A stretch of DNA of 64,000 bases from a virus (Duplodnaviria > Heunggongvirae > Uroviricota > Caudoviricetes), in the IMG/VR virus record IMGVR_UViG_2537561875_000003; one strand, 5' to 3'. Shown here piece by piece: positions 19,710 through 27,511 of this stretch (within the stretch, counting starts at the first letter, position 1; each line of letters begins with the position of its first letter). The notes below the pieces were generated by a model. It was not told the DNA's origin, searched no databases, and saw only the letters and a list, made by a program, of their open reading frames with translations. Position numbers and translations under genes: made by a program.

Positions 19710-19983
19710 GTCAATCCTGTCCATCCTGCGCAAGGACGCGCGGAACAACATTACGGTATTTCATCGCTGGCAGACCGCAGCAGGTGCCCTCGGGCACAAC
19801 GCAGGGATAACCCTGAATTTTCATGAACCTTATTACGCCGGGTGGGCGCCAGCACTTGAGATGAAAGAAGTGTTCATCTCGGCGCCGGAACTGGAAATGG
19901 TTAAGCCATTTCTGACCGTCGAGCGCTGGGGAAACGGGACGCTTGGCGGAGAAATATACCGGTTACCACGGGAGGCACAATGA
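19693..19983 (+). CDS. Hypothetical protein
   Basis: ORF overlapping the erf end. Confidence 0.25.
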   Translation: MKVTAESILSILRKDARNNITVFHRWQTAAGALGHNAGITLNFHEPYYAGWAPALEMKEVFISAPELEMVKPFLTVERWGNGTLGGEIYRLPREAQ

Positions 19984-20285
19984 ATAAGCAGAGCATCACA
20001 CCAGAGCAATTCCGCGCCGTCGCCGGAACCATGCCTGCCTGTCGCGCAGCGGATGCGCTGGGGATTAGCCAGGCAAACTTCTACCGCCTGGCACAGAGCT
20101 ATTCCATCAGCACAGCGTTTGTCTACAAGCCCTGGAAGCCAGAAGAGAAGCAGATCGCCGCTGAAATGCGCGCTGCAGGCGAGTCGCATAAAAGCATCGC
20201 AATGAAGATGGGCCGCAGCGTTGCGTCGGTATCCAGGACTTTAAGCCGCATGAGAAAGGCAGACACGAAAAGAGGTGCGCAATGA
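19980..20285 (+). CDS. HTH DNA-binding protein
   Basis: 101 aa with a predicted HTH (ALGISQANFYRLAQS). Confidence 0.4.
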   Translation: MNKQSITPEQFRAVAGTMPACRAADALGISQANFYRLAQSYSISTAFVYKPWKPEEKQIAAEMRAAGESHKSIAMKMGRSVASVSRTLSRMRKADTKRGAQ

Positions 20286-20809
20286 CTGATTATGGCGGAT
20301 CGAAAACTCCAAAAAATGAACGTGACTACTGGCAAACGCCGATTGAAATTTTCAACGCGCTCGACCGCGAGTTTGGCTTCTGGCTGGATGCTGCAGCCTC
20401 TGAGAGTAATGCGCTATGCGCTCACTACCTCACTGAGCTGGATGACTCGCTGAACAGCGAATGGACGTCATACGGGGCGATATGGTGTAACCCTCCCTAT
20501 TCCGATATCGGCCCGTGGGTAGAAAAAGCTGCTGAGCAATCCCGGGCGCAGTCTCAGGCTGTAGTGATGTTGTTACCGGCTGACATTTCTACCGGCTGGT
20601 TTATTTCAGCCATGCAATCAGCTGATGAACTCAGACTCATAACCGGCGGCCGTGTTCAGTTTGTTCCGGCATCCGTTACAGGAAAGCGCAAGAGCAACCC
20701 CAAAGGCTCGCTCCTGTTTATCTGGCGCCCGTACATCACCCCGCGACACATCATCACGACCGTATCGCTGGCTGAGTTAAAGCGGATCGGAAATCTGGAG
20801 GCAGCATGA
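20282..20809 (+). CDS. Phage N6-adenine DNA methyltransferase (Dam-like)
   Basis: NPPY catalytic motif (CNPPYSD) and the PF05869-like layout. Confidence 0.8.
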   Translation: MTDYGGSKTPKNERDYWQTPIEIFNALDREFGFWLDAAASESNALCAHYLTELDDSLNSEWTSYGAIWCNPPYSDIGPWVEKAAEQSRAQSQAVVMLLPADISTGWFISAMQSADELRLITGGRVQFVPASVTGKRKSNPKGSLLFIWRPYITPRHIITTVSLAELKRIGNLEAA

Positions 20810-21723
20810 CGCCAGAAGAACAGGAAAACGCTCTCCGCGCCCAGGCTCGTCGCTGCGCAGAAGAGATAACCAAAGCGATGAGCGTAAAGCCTAAACCGAA
20901 GTGGAACGCTGTATGCCCCCCCTATCCTTCGCAAGCACTACGAGAAGGTAAAGCCGATGGGTGTCAGCCTGGTGAAATTTGTCAGTGTTATTGGCCGCAT
21001 GAATGGGCGGTATGGAGTGGAATCATGAAAGAACGCGGAATGATTTTTAACGGGGAGATGGTGCGGGCCATTCTCGACGGACGGAAGACGCAGACCCGGC
21101 GCCCTATCAAATGGAAACAGACGCGATTCACTGAAATTGGTGAGCGTGAAGATGGTAGCCGCTGGCCTTGGAGTGAAGACGCAGAGCATGCTTGCGATTT
21201 CTGGCACCCATGCCCATTCGGCGCAGTCGGCGACCGCATCTGGGTGAGAGAGACCTTTTGCCCGGTAGATGACACTCAATATGGCGGGGAGAAGTGGGTG
21301 GATTACCGAGCAACTCCTAAGTTTGAAGCAAGCCACCCGGCAGGCTGGGACTGCGCGCCTAATGATGCTGAAGCCCTCAAATGGCGCCCATCTATCCACA
21401 TGCCGCGCTGGGCCAGCCGCATTCTGCTGGAAATCACCGACGTGCGCGTGGAGCGGCTGAACGCTATCAGCGAAGAGGACGCACAAAGCGAGGGCGTTCA
21501 TACCGAGGTATGGGACCAGACTGTAGTCGCAAGGAATTACGCGGCAATTGATGAGTTTTTCCAGTTTTGGTCCGATGACATGCCCCACTACGTAGAAATG
21601 AATCAACTATATCGGTCCTCATTCAGAAGCCTGTGGGACTCCATCTACGGCGAGGAAAGCTGGAAGGCCAACGGTTGGGTTTGGGTCATTTCGTTCAAAC
21701 GCGTTGAAGGCGGTGCAGCATGA
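20806..21723 (+). CDS. ASCH/PUA-like domain protein
   Basis: MVRAILDGRKTQTRRP matches the ASCH signature (ILxGxKTxTxR). ATGA coupling to the methylase. Confidence 0.45.
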   Translation: MTPEEQENALRAQARRCAEEITKAMSVKPKPKWNAVCPPYPSQALREGKADGCQPGEICQCYWPHEWAVWSGIMKERGMIFNGEMVRAILDGRKTQTRRPIKWKQTRFTEIGEREDGSRWPWSEDAEHACDFWHPCPFGAVGDRIWVRETFCPVDDTQYGGEKWVDYRATPKFEASHPAGWDCAPNDAEALKWRPSIHMPRWASRILLEITDVRVERLNAISEEDAQSEGVHTEVWDQTVVARNYAAIDEFFQFWSDDMPHYVEMNQLYRSSFRSLWDSIYGEESWKANGWVWVISFKRVEGGAA

Positions 21724-22424
21724 GATTCTTTGAAATCGACTCCAGATTTTTGATCGATACAGCATTTCACCGCCTGGAAATCATTCGTGATGATGGCTTG
21801 TATCGCCACCTGCGCATGCAGCAGCCTGGAACATCCTGCTACTACTACGACGTTATCACCTGGCCTGGTTACTTAACCGTAACCGGCGACATGGGAACGT
21901 GGACATTCAGTCGCATCGCGGACATGTTCGACTTTTTTGGCGCCTGGGAAGGTGGAATCAATACCCATTACTGGGCTGAAAAACTGGAGGCTGGCGCGGG
22001 ATGTTCGGCACGCGAAATGCTGGCGAAAGAGTATGACCACGACGCGTTCTGCAAAAGCCTGAAAGAGTCTATGAGTGATTACCTGGAGGACGACGAAAGC
22101 GAGGAGCCAGAAGAAGATGACGACTGGGACGACGATGACGAAACTCCGGATAGCGAAAAGGCTAAGGTGCGCGAAATCGTCCGTGAGTTGTGTCTGGCTG
22201 AGTTTAACAACGATTTTGAAGCCTATAACGCTGTTTATGATGCCGACTGGCCCGAAAGGTTTAGCGCCTGGGATATCTGCGACGGGCTGACCTTTAAGAC
22301 GTATACCAGCCATTTCCGGTGGATTTTATTCGCTATCACCTGGGCAATCAGCAAATACCACAATGCGAAGATTGTTGATAAAGCGATGGCTACGTTTCTG
22401 GCCGTGAAAGGAGTCGAAGCATGA
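21720..22424 (+). CDS. Hypothetical acidic protein
   Basis: 234 aa with a DDESEEPEEDDDWDDDDE stretch. Confidence 0.35.
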   Translation: MRFFEIDSRFLIDTAFHRLEIIRDDGLYRHLRMQQPGTSCYYYDVITWPGYLTVTGDMGTWTFSRIADMFDFFGAWEGGINTHYWAEKLEAGAGCSAREMLAKEYDHDAFCKSLKESMSDYLEDDESEEPEEDDDWDDDDETPDSEKAKVREIVRELCLAEFNNDFEAYNAVYDADWPERFSAWDICDGLTFKTYTSHFRWILFAITWAISKYHNAKIVDKAMATFLAVKGVEA

Positions 22425-22642
22425 GCGCAGAACTCATCGATCAGGCCAACGAGCTGGCAGAGCGCCGGCTGGAAATGACCATCCAGAACATGCGCATCAA
22501 CCATGCGGCGGTATCGGCTACTCACTGCCGCGACTGCGGGGAAGAGATACCAGAACCGCGCTGGGAAGCTGTGGCGGGCTGTCAGCGCTGCGCTGACTGT
22601 CAGGAAGATGAGGAATTACGCGGTAAACACCGGAGGCCGTGA
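22421..22642 (+). CDS. TraR/DksA-family C4 zinc-finger protein
   Basis: CRDCGEEIPEPRW...CQRCADC. Confidence 0.6.
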   Translation: MSAELIDQANELAERRLEMTIQNMRINHAAVSATHCRDCGEEIPEPRWEAVAGCQRCADCQEDEELRGKHRRP

Positions 22643-22881
22643 TGTTCAAACTAATTCAGAGAGGTCAGCTCTTTGCCGATTGCCACGGATGGCCGGTAAT
22701 TATCGCCAGCAGCGACGAAAAGACGGTTCGCTACTGGCGCCAGGGGCGGATCAACACCGCAAGCATAGACCGCTTTAACAATGACTTCGAGCCGCTCTCT
22801 CACGAAGAGTCCCAGCAGATAAAGGCAGAGCTGGAGCAGAGCGAACACATTAAGAAACTGCGCGCCCAGCAGGCGGCGTAA
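22639..22881 (+). CDS. Hypothetical protein
   Basis: 80 aa ORF. Confidence 0.3.
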   Translation: MMFKLIQRGQLFADCHGWPVIIASSDEKTVRYWRQGRINTASIDRFNNDFEPLSHEESQQIKAELEQSEHIKKLRAQQAA

Positions 22882-22893
22882 CCGGGAGGAAAT

Positions 22894-23229
22894 ATGGCGT
22901 CTGACAAACCGATAACAGCACAGCAGGCCGCCGATTTGCTCATCGTGTCGGCGCGGGTGATCTATCGTCTCATTGAATCTGGTGAGCTCGCCGGCCGCAA
23001 GGTCGGCAACAAGTACAGAACGACCGAGGCGGCTTGTATTGCATATTTGAAAACCCCGCGCGATCCTGTCATCGCGAACGCGGGTGAACATAAAGGAGAA
23101 GTTTTATGTCAATCACCCTCAGGGGCGGCGTGTGGCACTGTCATTTCTTTACGCCGTCAGGAAAAAGAGTTAGGCGATCTCTTGGCACGGGGGACAAAAA
23201 GCAGGCTCAGGAGCTCCACGACAAGCTGA
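22894..23229 (+). CDS. xis: Excisionase (Xis-like HTH)
   Basis: N-terminal [32 protein letters not shown] is excisionase-like. The ORF overlaps the int start by about 124 nt. Confidence 0.5.
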   Translation: MASDKPITAQQAADLLIVSARVIYRLIESGELAGRKVGNKYRTTEAACIAYLKTPRDPVIANAGEHKGEVLCQSPSGAACGTVISLRRQEKELGDLLARGTKSRLRSSTTS

Positions 23230-24269
23230 AGGCGGAAGCGTGGCGGGTTGACCAGATCGGAGACCTTCCCGTCAGAACCTTCGAAGAATGCTGCATCAGG
23301 TGGCTGCGGGAAAAAGACCATAAGCGATCGCTGGATGATGACAAAACCAAAATTGAGTTTTGGCTGCAGCATTTTTCCGGCCGTGATGTCTCGAAGATAA
23401 CGGCGGAGGAAGTTCACGAAGCCGTTAACGGGATGATCAACCGTAAGCACCTGCAGGTATGGGAGAGTAAACGCGATGCCGCGGTGAGGAAGGGTAAGCC
23501 GGTTCCTGAGTACAAACCACGGCAGGTTTCTCAGGCGACGAAGGCGCAGCACCTTTCCTTCATTCGGTCCCTTCTCAGGGCCGCCGCGAATGACTGGGGC
23601 TGGATAAAAACAGCCCCTGTTATCAAAACCCGCAAGCCTATCAGTAAGCGGATACGGTGGCTGACCAGAGAAGAAGCTGAGCGGTTGATCGAGTGCATGC
23701 CGGAGAGCATTAAGCCAGTGGTGATATTTGCACTGGCAACCGGCCTGCGCCGCTCAAACATCATCGGGCTTGAGTGGCAGCAGGTCGATATGCAGAGAAA
23801 GGTTGCATGGGTAAATCCGGAGAACGCAAAAGCGGGCAAGGCGATTGGCGTAGCTCTGAATGATACCGCATGCAGGGTATTAAGGGATCAGATAGGGAAG
23901 CACTCCCGGTGGGTATTCGTTCATACCACGGCAAAACATCGCTCTGACGGAACGCTGACGCCCGCGGTGAGAAAAATGCGGGTGGATGACAATAACGCCT
24001 GGCGCGCCGGGCTGAAAAAAGCGGGGATAGAGGATTTCCGTTTTCACGACCTCCGGCACACCTGGGCGAGCTGGCTGATTCAGTCCGGCGTCCCGCTTTC
24101 TGTTTTGCAGGAAATGGGCGGATGGGAGAGCATCGAGATGGTGCGTCGGTATGCTCACCTGGCGCCGAACCATTTGACCGAACACGCACGGAAAATTGAC
24201 GCCATTTTTGGCGCTAGCGACACAAATACGACACAAGGAGGAAATCAGGCTGGTTTAAAACTGGCGTAA
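23106..24269 (+). CDS. int: Tyrosine integrase, DLP12 IntD-like (argU-specific family)
   Basis: 387 aa, highly similar along its length to IntD as I recall it (...[44 protein letters not shown]). It converges on the tRNA 3'-end copy. Confidence 0.9.
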   Translation: MSITLRGGVWHCHFFTPSGKRVRRSLGTGDKKQAQELHDKLKAEAWRVDQIGDLPVRTFEECCIRWLREKDHKRSLDDDKTKIEFWLQHFSGRDVSKITAEEVHEAVNGMINRKHLQVWESKRDAAVRKGKPVPEYKPRQVSQATKAQHLSFIRSLLRAAANDWGWIKTAPVIKTRKPISKRIRWLTREEAERLIECMPESIKPVVIFALATGLRRSNIIGLEWQQVDMQRKVAWVNPENAKAGKAIGVALNDTACRVLRDQIGKHSRWVFVHTTAKHRSDGTLTPAVRKMRVDDNNAWRAGLKKAGIEDFRFHDLRHTWASWLIQSGVPLSVLQEMGGWESIEMVRRYAHLAPNHLTEHARKIDAIFGASDTNTTQGGNQAGLKLA

Positions 24270-24280
24270 GTTACTGTTTC

Positions 24281-24330
24281 TTAATGGTACGCCCTACAGG
24301 GTTCGAACCTGTGACCTACGGCTTAGAAGG
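24281..24330. repeat. att core copy: 50 bp identical to the 3' end of tRNA-Arg(UCU). It is the junction between prophages A and B.
   Basis: ttaatggtacgccctacagggttcgaacctgtgacctacggcttagaagg is identical to 62714-62763. Confidence 0.85.
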
Positions 24331-24474
24331 GCGAAAATCTTTGATTCCTTTCAATTACCATCGATTTCATTAAATTTCACTTCATTGTTTTTAAAAGAGT
24401 TTATAGTGTTGAATGATTTCATACAGTCTCTTATCATTTCATCACAACTTGACCCGTAACCTGACCTTAAAACT

Positions 24475-25695
24475 ATGGCTAGCACTCTTTTAACAGACAG
24501 CAAAATCAGGGGCCTGAAGCCTAAAAATTCAGCCTATTATACCTGGCAAGCAGCCGCAACCCGCGGCACTGGCAGACTCGGTGTAAAGACTTACCCATCA
24601 GGAAGAAAAACATTCGTCTATCGGTATTTCATCAGCGGAAAAGAGAAGTTTATCGGTCTGGGCGACTTCCCTACCCTTACTCTTTCCGATGCAACCGAGA
24701 AAGCCAGAGCCGCTGCGGCCAGCATATCCGATCCCGCTAAGGCCCAGGTAGAACATGCATCACTTAAAAAGCTGTTTGATGATTATATTGCAGACCAAAA
24801 GGCCAGAGGCAAGCGATCTTACGACAAAACACAAAACCGAATTAATCAGGTTCTGGCAAGCCCGCATATCACCCCAGAGATGCCAGCAAAAGATGTAACC
24901 CCGGACCATATCAAACGCATACTTTCAGAATTTATTGCGAGGGATGCGCGCGCCGGCGCAAACAAAGTACGTTCGAATCTGCATGCCATTTTTAACTTTG
25001 GCCTGTTTGCAGATAACGACCCTGCGAATATCGATAAGAAAACAGTTTATGGTCTGGATCGCAACCCGGTGGCCGCGGTCCCATCGCAGCGCGGAGCAGA
25101 TAAAGCCCTTGACCGATTTTTATCATGGGATGAATTATCTGCGCTGCTGGCAGTCCTTTCCCGCCCAGCAGAAGCAATCCCAATGCATCCCGATTTCGTT
25201 CAGCTGCTGTTGTGTTGTTTACACACAGCAGGGCAGCGCCCGTGGGAGCTAATGACAAACACAAAAGATAACTGGGATAAGAAAGAAAAAACGTTGACGG
25301 TGCCGCCGCACATATCTAAAACGGGTGATTATCATGTCATTCCGTTGAGTGATTCAGCGACGCAGATCCTGCATGTGATGGAAAAACGCTATCCCAAATC
25401 CGATTTTCTTTTCCCCGCGGATACGGCTGAAGGGCATCTTCTTTCAGCTGAGTTCGGGAAGCAGGTAAGAAAATTTTGTGAACGGGAGCCATTTAATAAA
25501 TTCACGCCGAGGGACGTTCGGCGCACATTTAAAACGCTCGCCGGCGCGATGGGTGTAAGCACCGAAATGCGCGACAGATTGCAGAACCATAAAAGAGCCG
25601 GCGTATCAGCCAAGCACTATGACCGATACGACTACATTAAGGAAAAACGCGAAATTATATCGCAATGGGAAGAAAAGTTACTTTCACTCTGTTGA
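24475..25695 (+). CDS. int: Tyrosine integrase, P4-like (DUF4102 arm-binding N-terminus)
   Basis: 406 aa with an N-terminal LTDSKIRGLKPK arm-binding domain and a C-terminal catalytic R...H..R..Y region. Confidence 0.85.
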   Translation: MASTLLTDSKIRGLKPKNSAYYTWQAAATRGTGRLGVKTYPSGRKTFVYRYFISGKEKFIGLGDFPTLTLSDATEKARAAAASISDPAKAQVEHASLKKLFDDYIADQKARGKRSYDKTQNRINQVLASPHITPEMPAKDVTPDHIKRILSEFIARDARAGANKVRSNLHAIFNFGLFADNDPANIDKKTVYGLDRNPVAAVPSQRGADKALDRFLSWDELSALLAVLSRPAEAIPMHPDFVQLLLCCLHTAGQRPWELMTNTKDNWDKKEKTLTVPPHISKTGDYHVIPLSDSATQILHVMEKRYPKSDFLFPADTAEGHLLSAEFGKQVRKFCEREPFNKFTPRDVRRTFKTLAGAMGVSTEMRDRLQNHKRAGVSAKHYDRYDYIKEKREIISQWEEKLLSLC

Positions 25696-25776
25696 TCGGA
25701 TGTCGGGCCCAGCAGTGCAGTCGGGGAAGCCTGCTGGGTCCTTCCAGAAGGTGCCTCTATGCTGGAGTACTGACGC

Positions 25777-26100
25777 TCAAATTGGGCATTTATCTTCATC
25801 CTTCCCTATCCGGTTGATAACGAATGTCACTATTCCTAACACTACGACGTCGTCCAATGCCTCGCCTTCCAGCGCCTCACCATCACGAGTAATAAACGCC
25901 TTCCCAAAAACTTTCGCAAAATCTGTACCGCCGGAGTACTGGATCAATACCGTGTCCTGCTGCTTTGGTTTAACGGAGAAATCAACTACGGCATAACCAG
26001 TTTCTGTTTGCACGATCCGAGTATTGGGGCCGGTACCACAGAGTTTATCGACGGTCAGACGCCCTTCTACATAGTCTGCTGCTGGCGATGGAAAGCCCAC
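25777..26100 (-). CDS. Hypothetical protein, second gene of a 2-gene moron operon
   Basis: GTG start with GGAGGG RBS, coupled to the upstream ORF. Confidence 0.35.
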   Translation of the reverse strand: MGFPSPAADYVEGRLTVDKLCGTGPNTRIVQTETGYAVVDFSVKPKQQDTVLIQYSGGTDFAKVFGKAFITRDGEALEGEALDDVVVLGIVTFVINRIGKDEDKCPI

Positions 26101-26102
26101 GA

Positions 26103-26342
26103 TTACAGCCCTCCATTCGGGTTGTAAAGCTGGAAAGTGCGATCGTCACCTTCCTGAGTTGAGACGTCGCGGAATGTTGTCACGTAGTGCTCTATCCACT
26201 GGTTAGCCTGGCGCGGTGACCAGTGCCAGTTATATCTCTCCAGTTCCTGCAGAAATCGCCTGGTGGTGAGGATGCGCTTTCCGTTAGACAGGATATCTAT
26301 TGCGTTCCGGCACGCCGTCTCGATTTCGTATAAACGCGGCAT
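26103..26342 (-). CDS. Hypothetical protein, first gene of a 2-gene moron operon
   Basis: Start at the internal Met with a GGGGGAAG RBS. Confidence 0.35.
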   Translation of the reverse strand: MPRLYEIETACRNAIDILSNGKRILTTRRFLQELERYNWHWSPRQANQWIEHYVTTFRDVSTQEGDDRTFQLYNPNGGL

Positions 26343-26636
26343 ACTTCCCCCTATCAAACATACTGTATATAAATACAGTAAATGCATGTGTGCAGCAGAT
26401 CAATATTGGCAGTGGCTATCAATGATCGGCGCTGACGTAACGCATTGATGCCTCAATTCGACTGGCAACATTGAGCAGGGAAATATTTATAAATCGTCTT
26501 CACCCCCCCTCATATTACATCGGCTACCGACCCAATGTTTTAACTGCTCAGACCAGAAATATCTGGAAGCTTTAGGCATCTTCTTGGAAGATAGATGAGC
26601 GCAAAGACGCACACAGCAATAATTTATTCATCGCTT

Positions 26637-26669
26637 TCCCCCCGGCGTCCCTCCGGGGGGATTTTTTCT
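26637..26669 (+). terminator. Intrinsic terminator on the plus strand (ccccccggcgtccctccgggggg plus T-run)
   Basis: Perfect 8-bp GC stem followed by TTTTTTCT. No plus-strand ORF upstream. Confidence 0.45.
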
Positions 26670-26704
26670 CTACGTGCCCGTCAGGTAATCAGTAACGTAA
26701 ATAT

Positions 26705-27505
26705 TTAACCTAAATCGGTGATTCCCCATGCTGCACTGAGGTAGGCACTTACACTATCGAGGACTGATGCAACCTGAGCCTGAGTCAGCGCTGTTTCGAA
26801 AATAAGCTCCATCCCCATCGTTATGGCTGCGCCTGCAGGGTATGCAGCTGGCGCATGGTGTGAACCGATCCGGATCGTGCGGTCGGTATAAGCGGTTCGG
26901 TTGACCAGCGCTTTCGAGTTCTGCCAGTTAAGCGGCCCTCCCTGCCGGGCAGCAATCCTGGCGATCCCATTATCACCATCAACCAGCTCCACAAAAGCGG
27001 CCCACTTCGTTGTGTCGTATGCCGCGCTGTAGTAGTTGATCATGTTCGTTGGCGTTACGTTGTTGTCCTCTACAAAGGCCCCGTAAAGACTTTGCCCGGA
27101 AAACAGAAAAGCGAGTCCGTCGCCGCGATACACCGCCGGTGAGCCGGAATAGCTGTAGTTACCCATCATGAAGGCCTGCTGGGTTTCGGTAGCTGCCGTT
27201 GGTTTTACCGGCTTACAGATCACGATATGGGTCTGGTTTTTGGTAGAAACTTTTCCGGTATCAAAACAGTTACCGAAACTACAGACCGCCCCGAAATCAG
27301 CCTGGATCGATGGCGAACCGACTTTGGTCAGTGGAGCATTGTTGTCGGCACGGTTTCTCATGCTCAGCTCTAAGGTTCCGCCGTGGATGTACATCGCTTT
27401 CAACCCTGCGATAACAGGTAAATCCGGCTGCATGAAATGCCCTTTTTTCGGATGAGTTCCCGGAATAACGACGTCACCGAGTTTTGGGATATAGATATTG
27501 TTCAT
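26705..27505 (-). CDS. Tail-fibre-associated protein (distal receptor-binding or fibre-assembly candidate)
   Basis: 266 aa, immediately downstream of the tail fibre gene. Confidence 0.35.
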   Translation of the reverse strand: MNNIYIPKLGDVVIPGTHPKKGHFMQPDLPVIAGLKAMYIHGGTLELSMRNRADNNAPLTKVGSPSIQADFGAVCSFGNCFDTGKVSTKNQTHIVICKPVKPTAATETQQAFMMGNYSYSGSPAVYRGDGLAFLFSGQSLYGAFVEDNNVTPTNMINYYSAAYDTTKWAAFVELVDGDNGIARIAARQGGPLNWQNSKALVNRTAYTDRTIRIGSHHAPAAYPAGAAITMGMELIFETALTQAQVASVLDSVSAYLSAAWGITDLG

Positions 27506-27511
27506 AAGAAA

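Larger units (their letters stand above)
1..24330. mobile_element. Prophage A: lambdoid, DLP12-like prophage. Its right end is at the att copy (24281-24330); its left end is outside the window.
   Basis: Contiguous phage modules (portal, terminase, lysis, Q, nin genes, O/P, cro/cI, Erf, Dam, xis, int) ending at a 50-bp copy of the tRNA-Arg 3' end. Confidence 0.8.

Noticed and set aside
26400-26640. Possible CRISPR or other repeat array in the int-fibre gap
   Set aside because: No periodic direct repeats found. Only the single terminator hairpin stands out.
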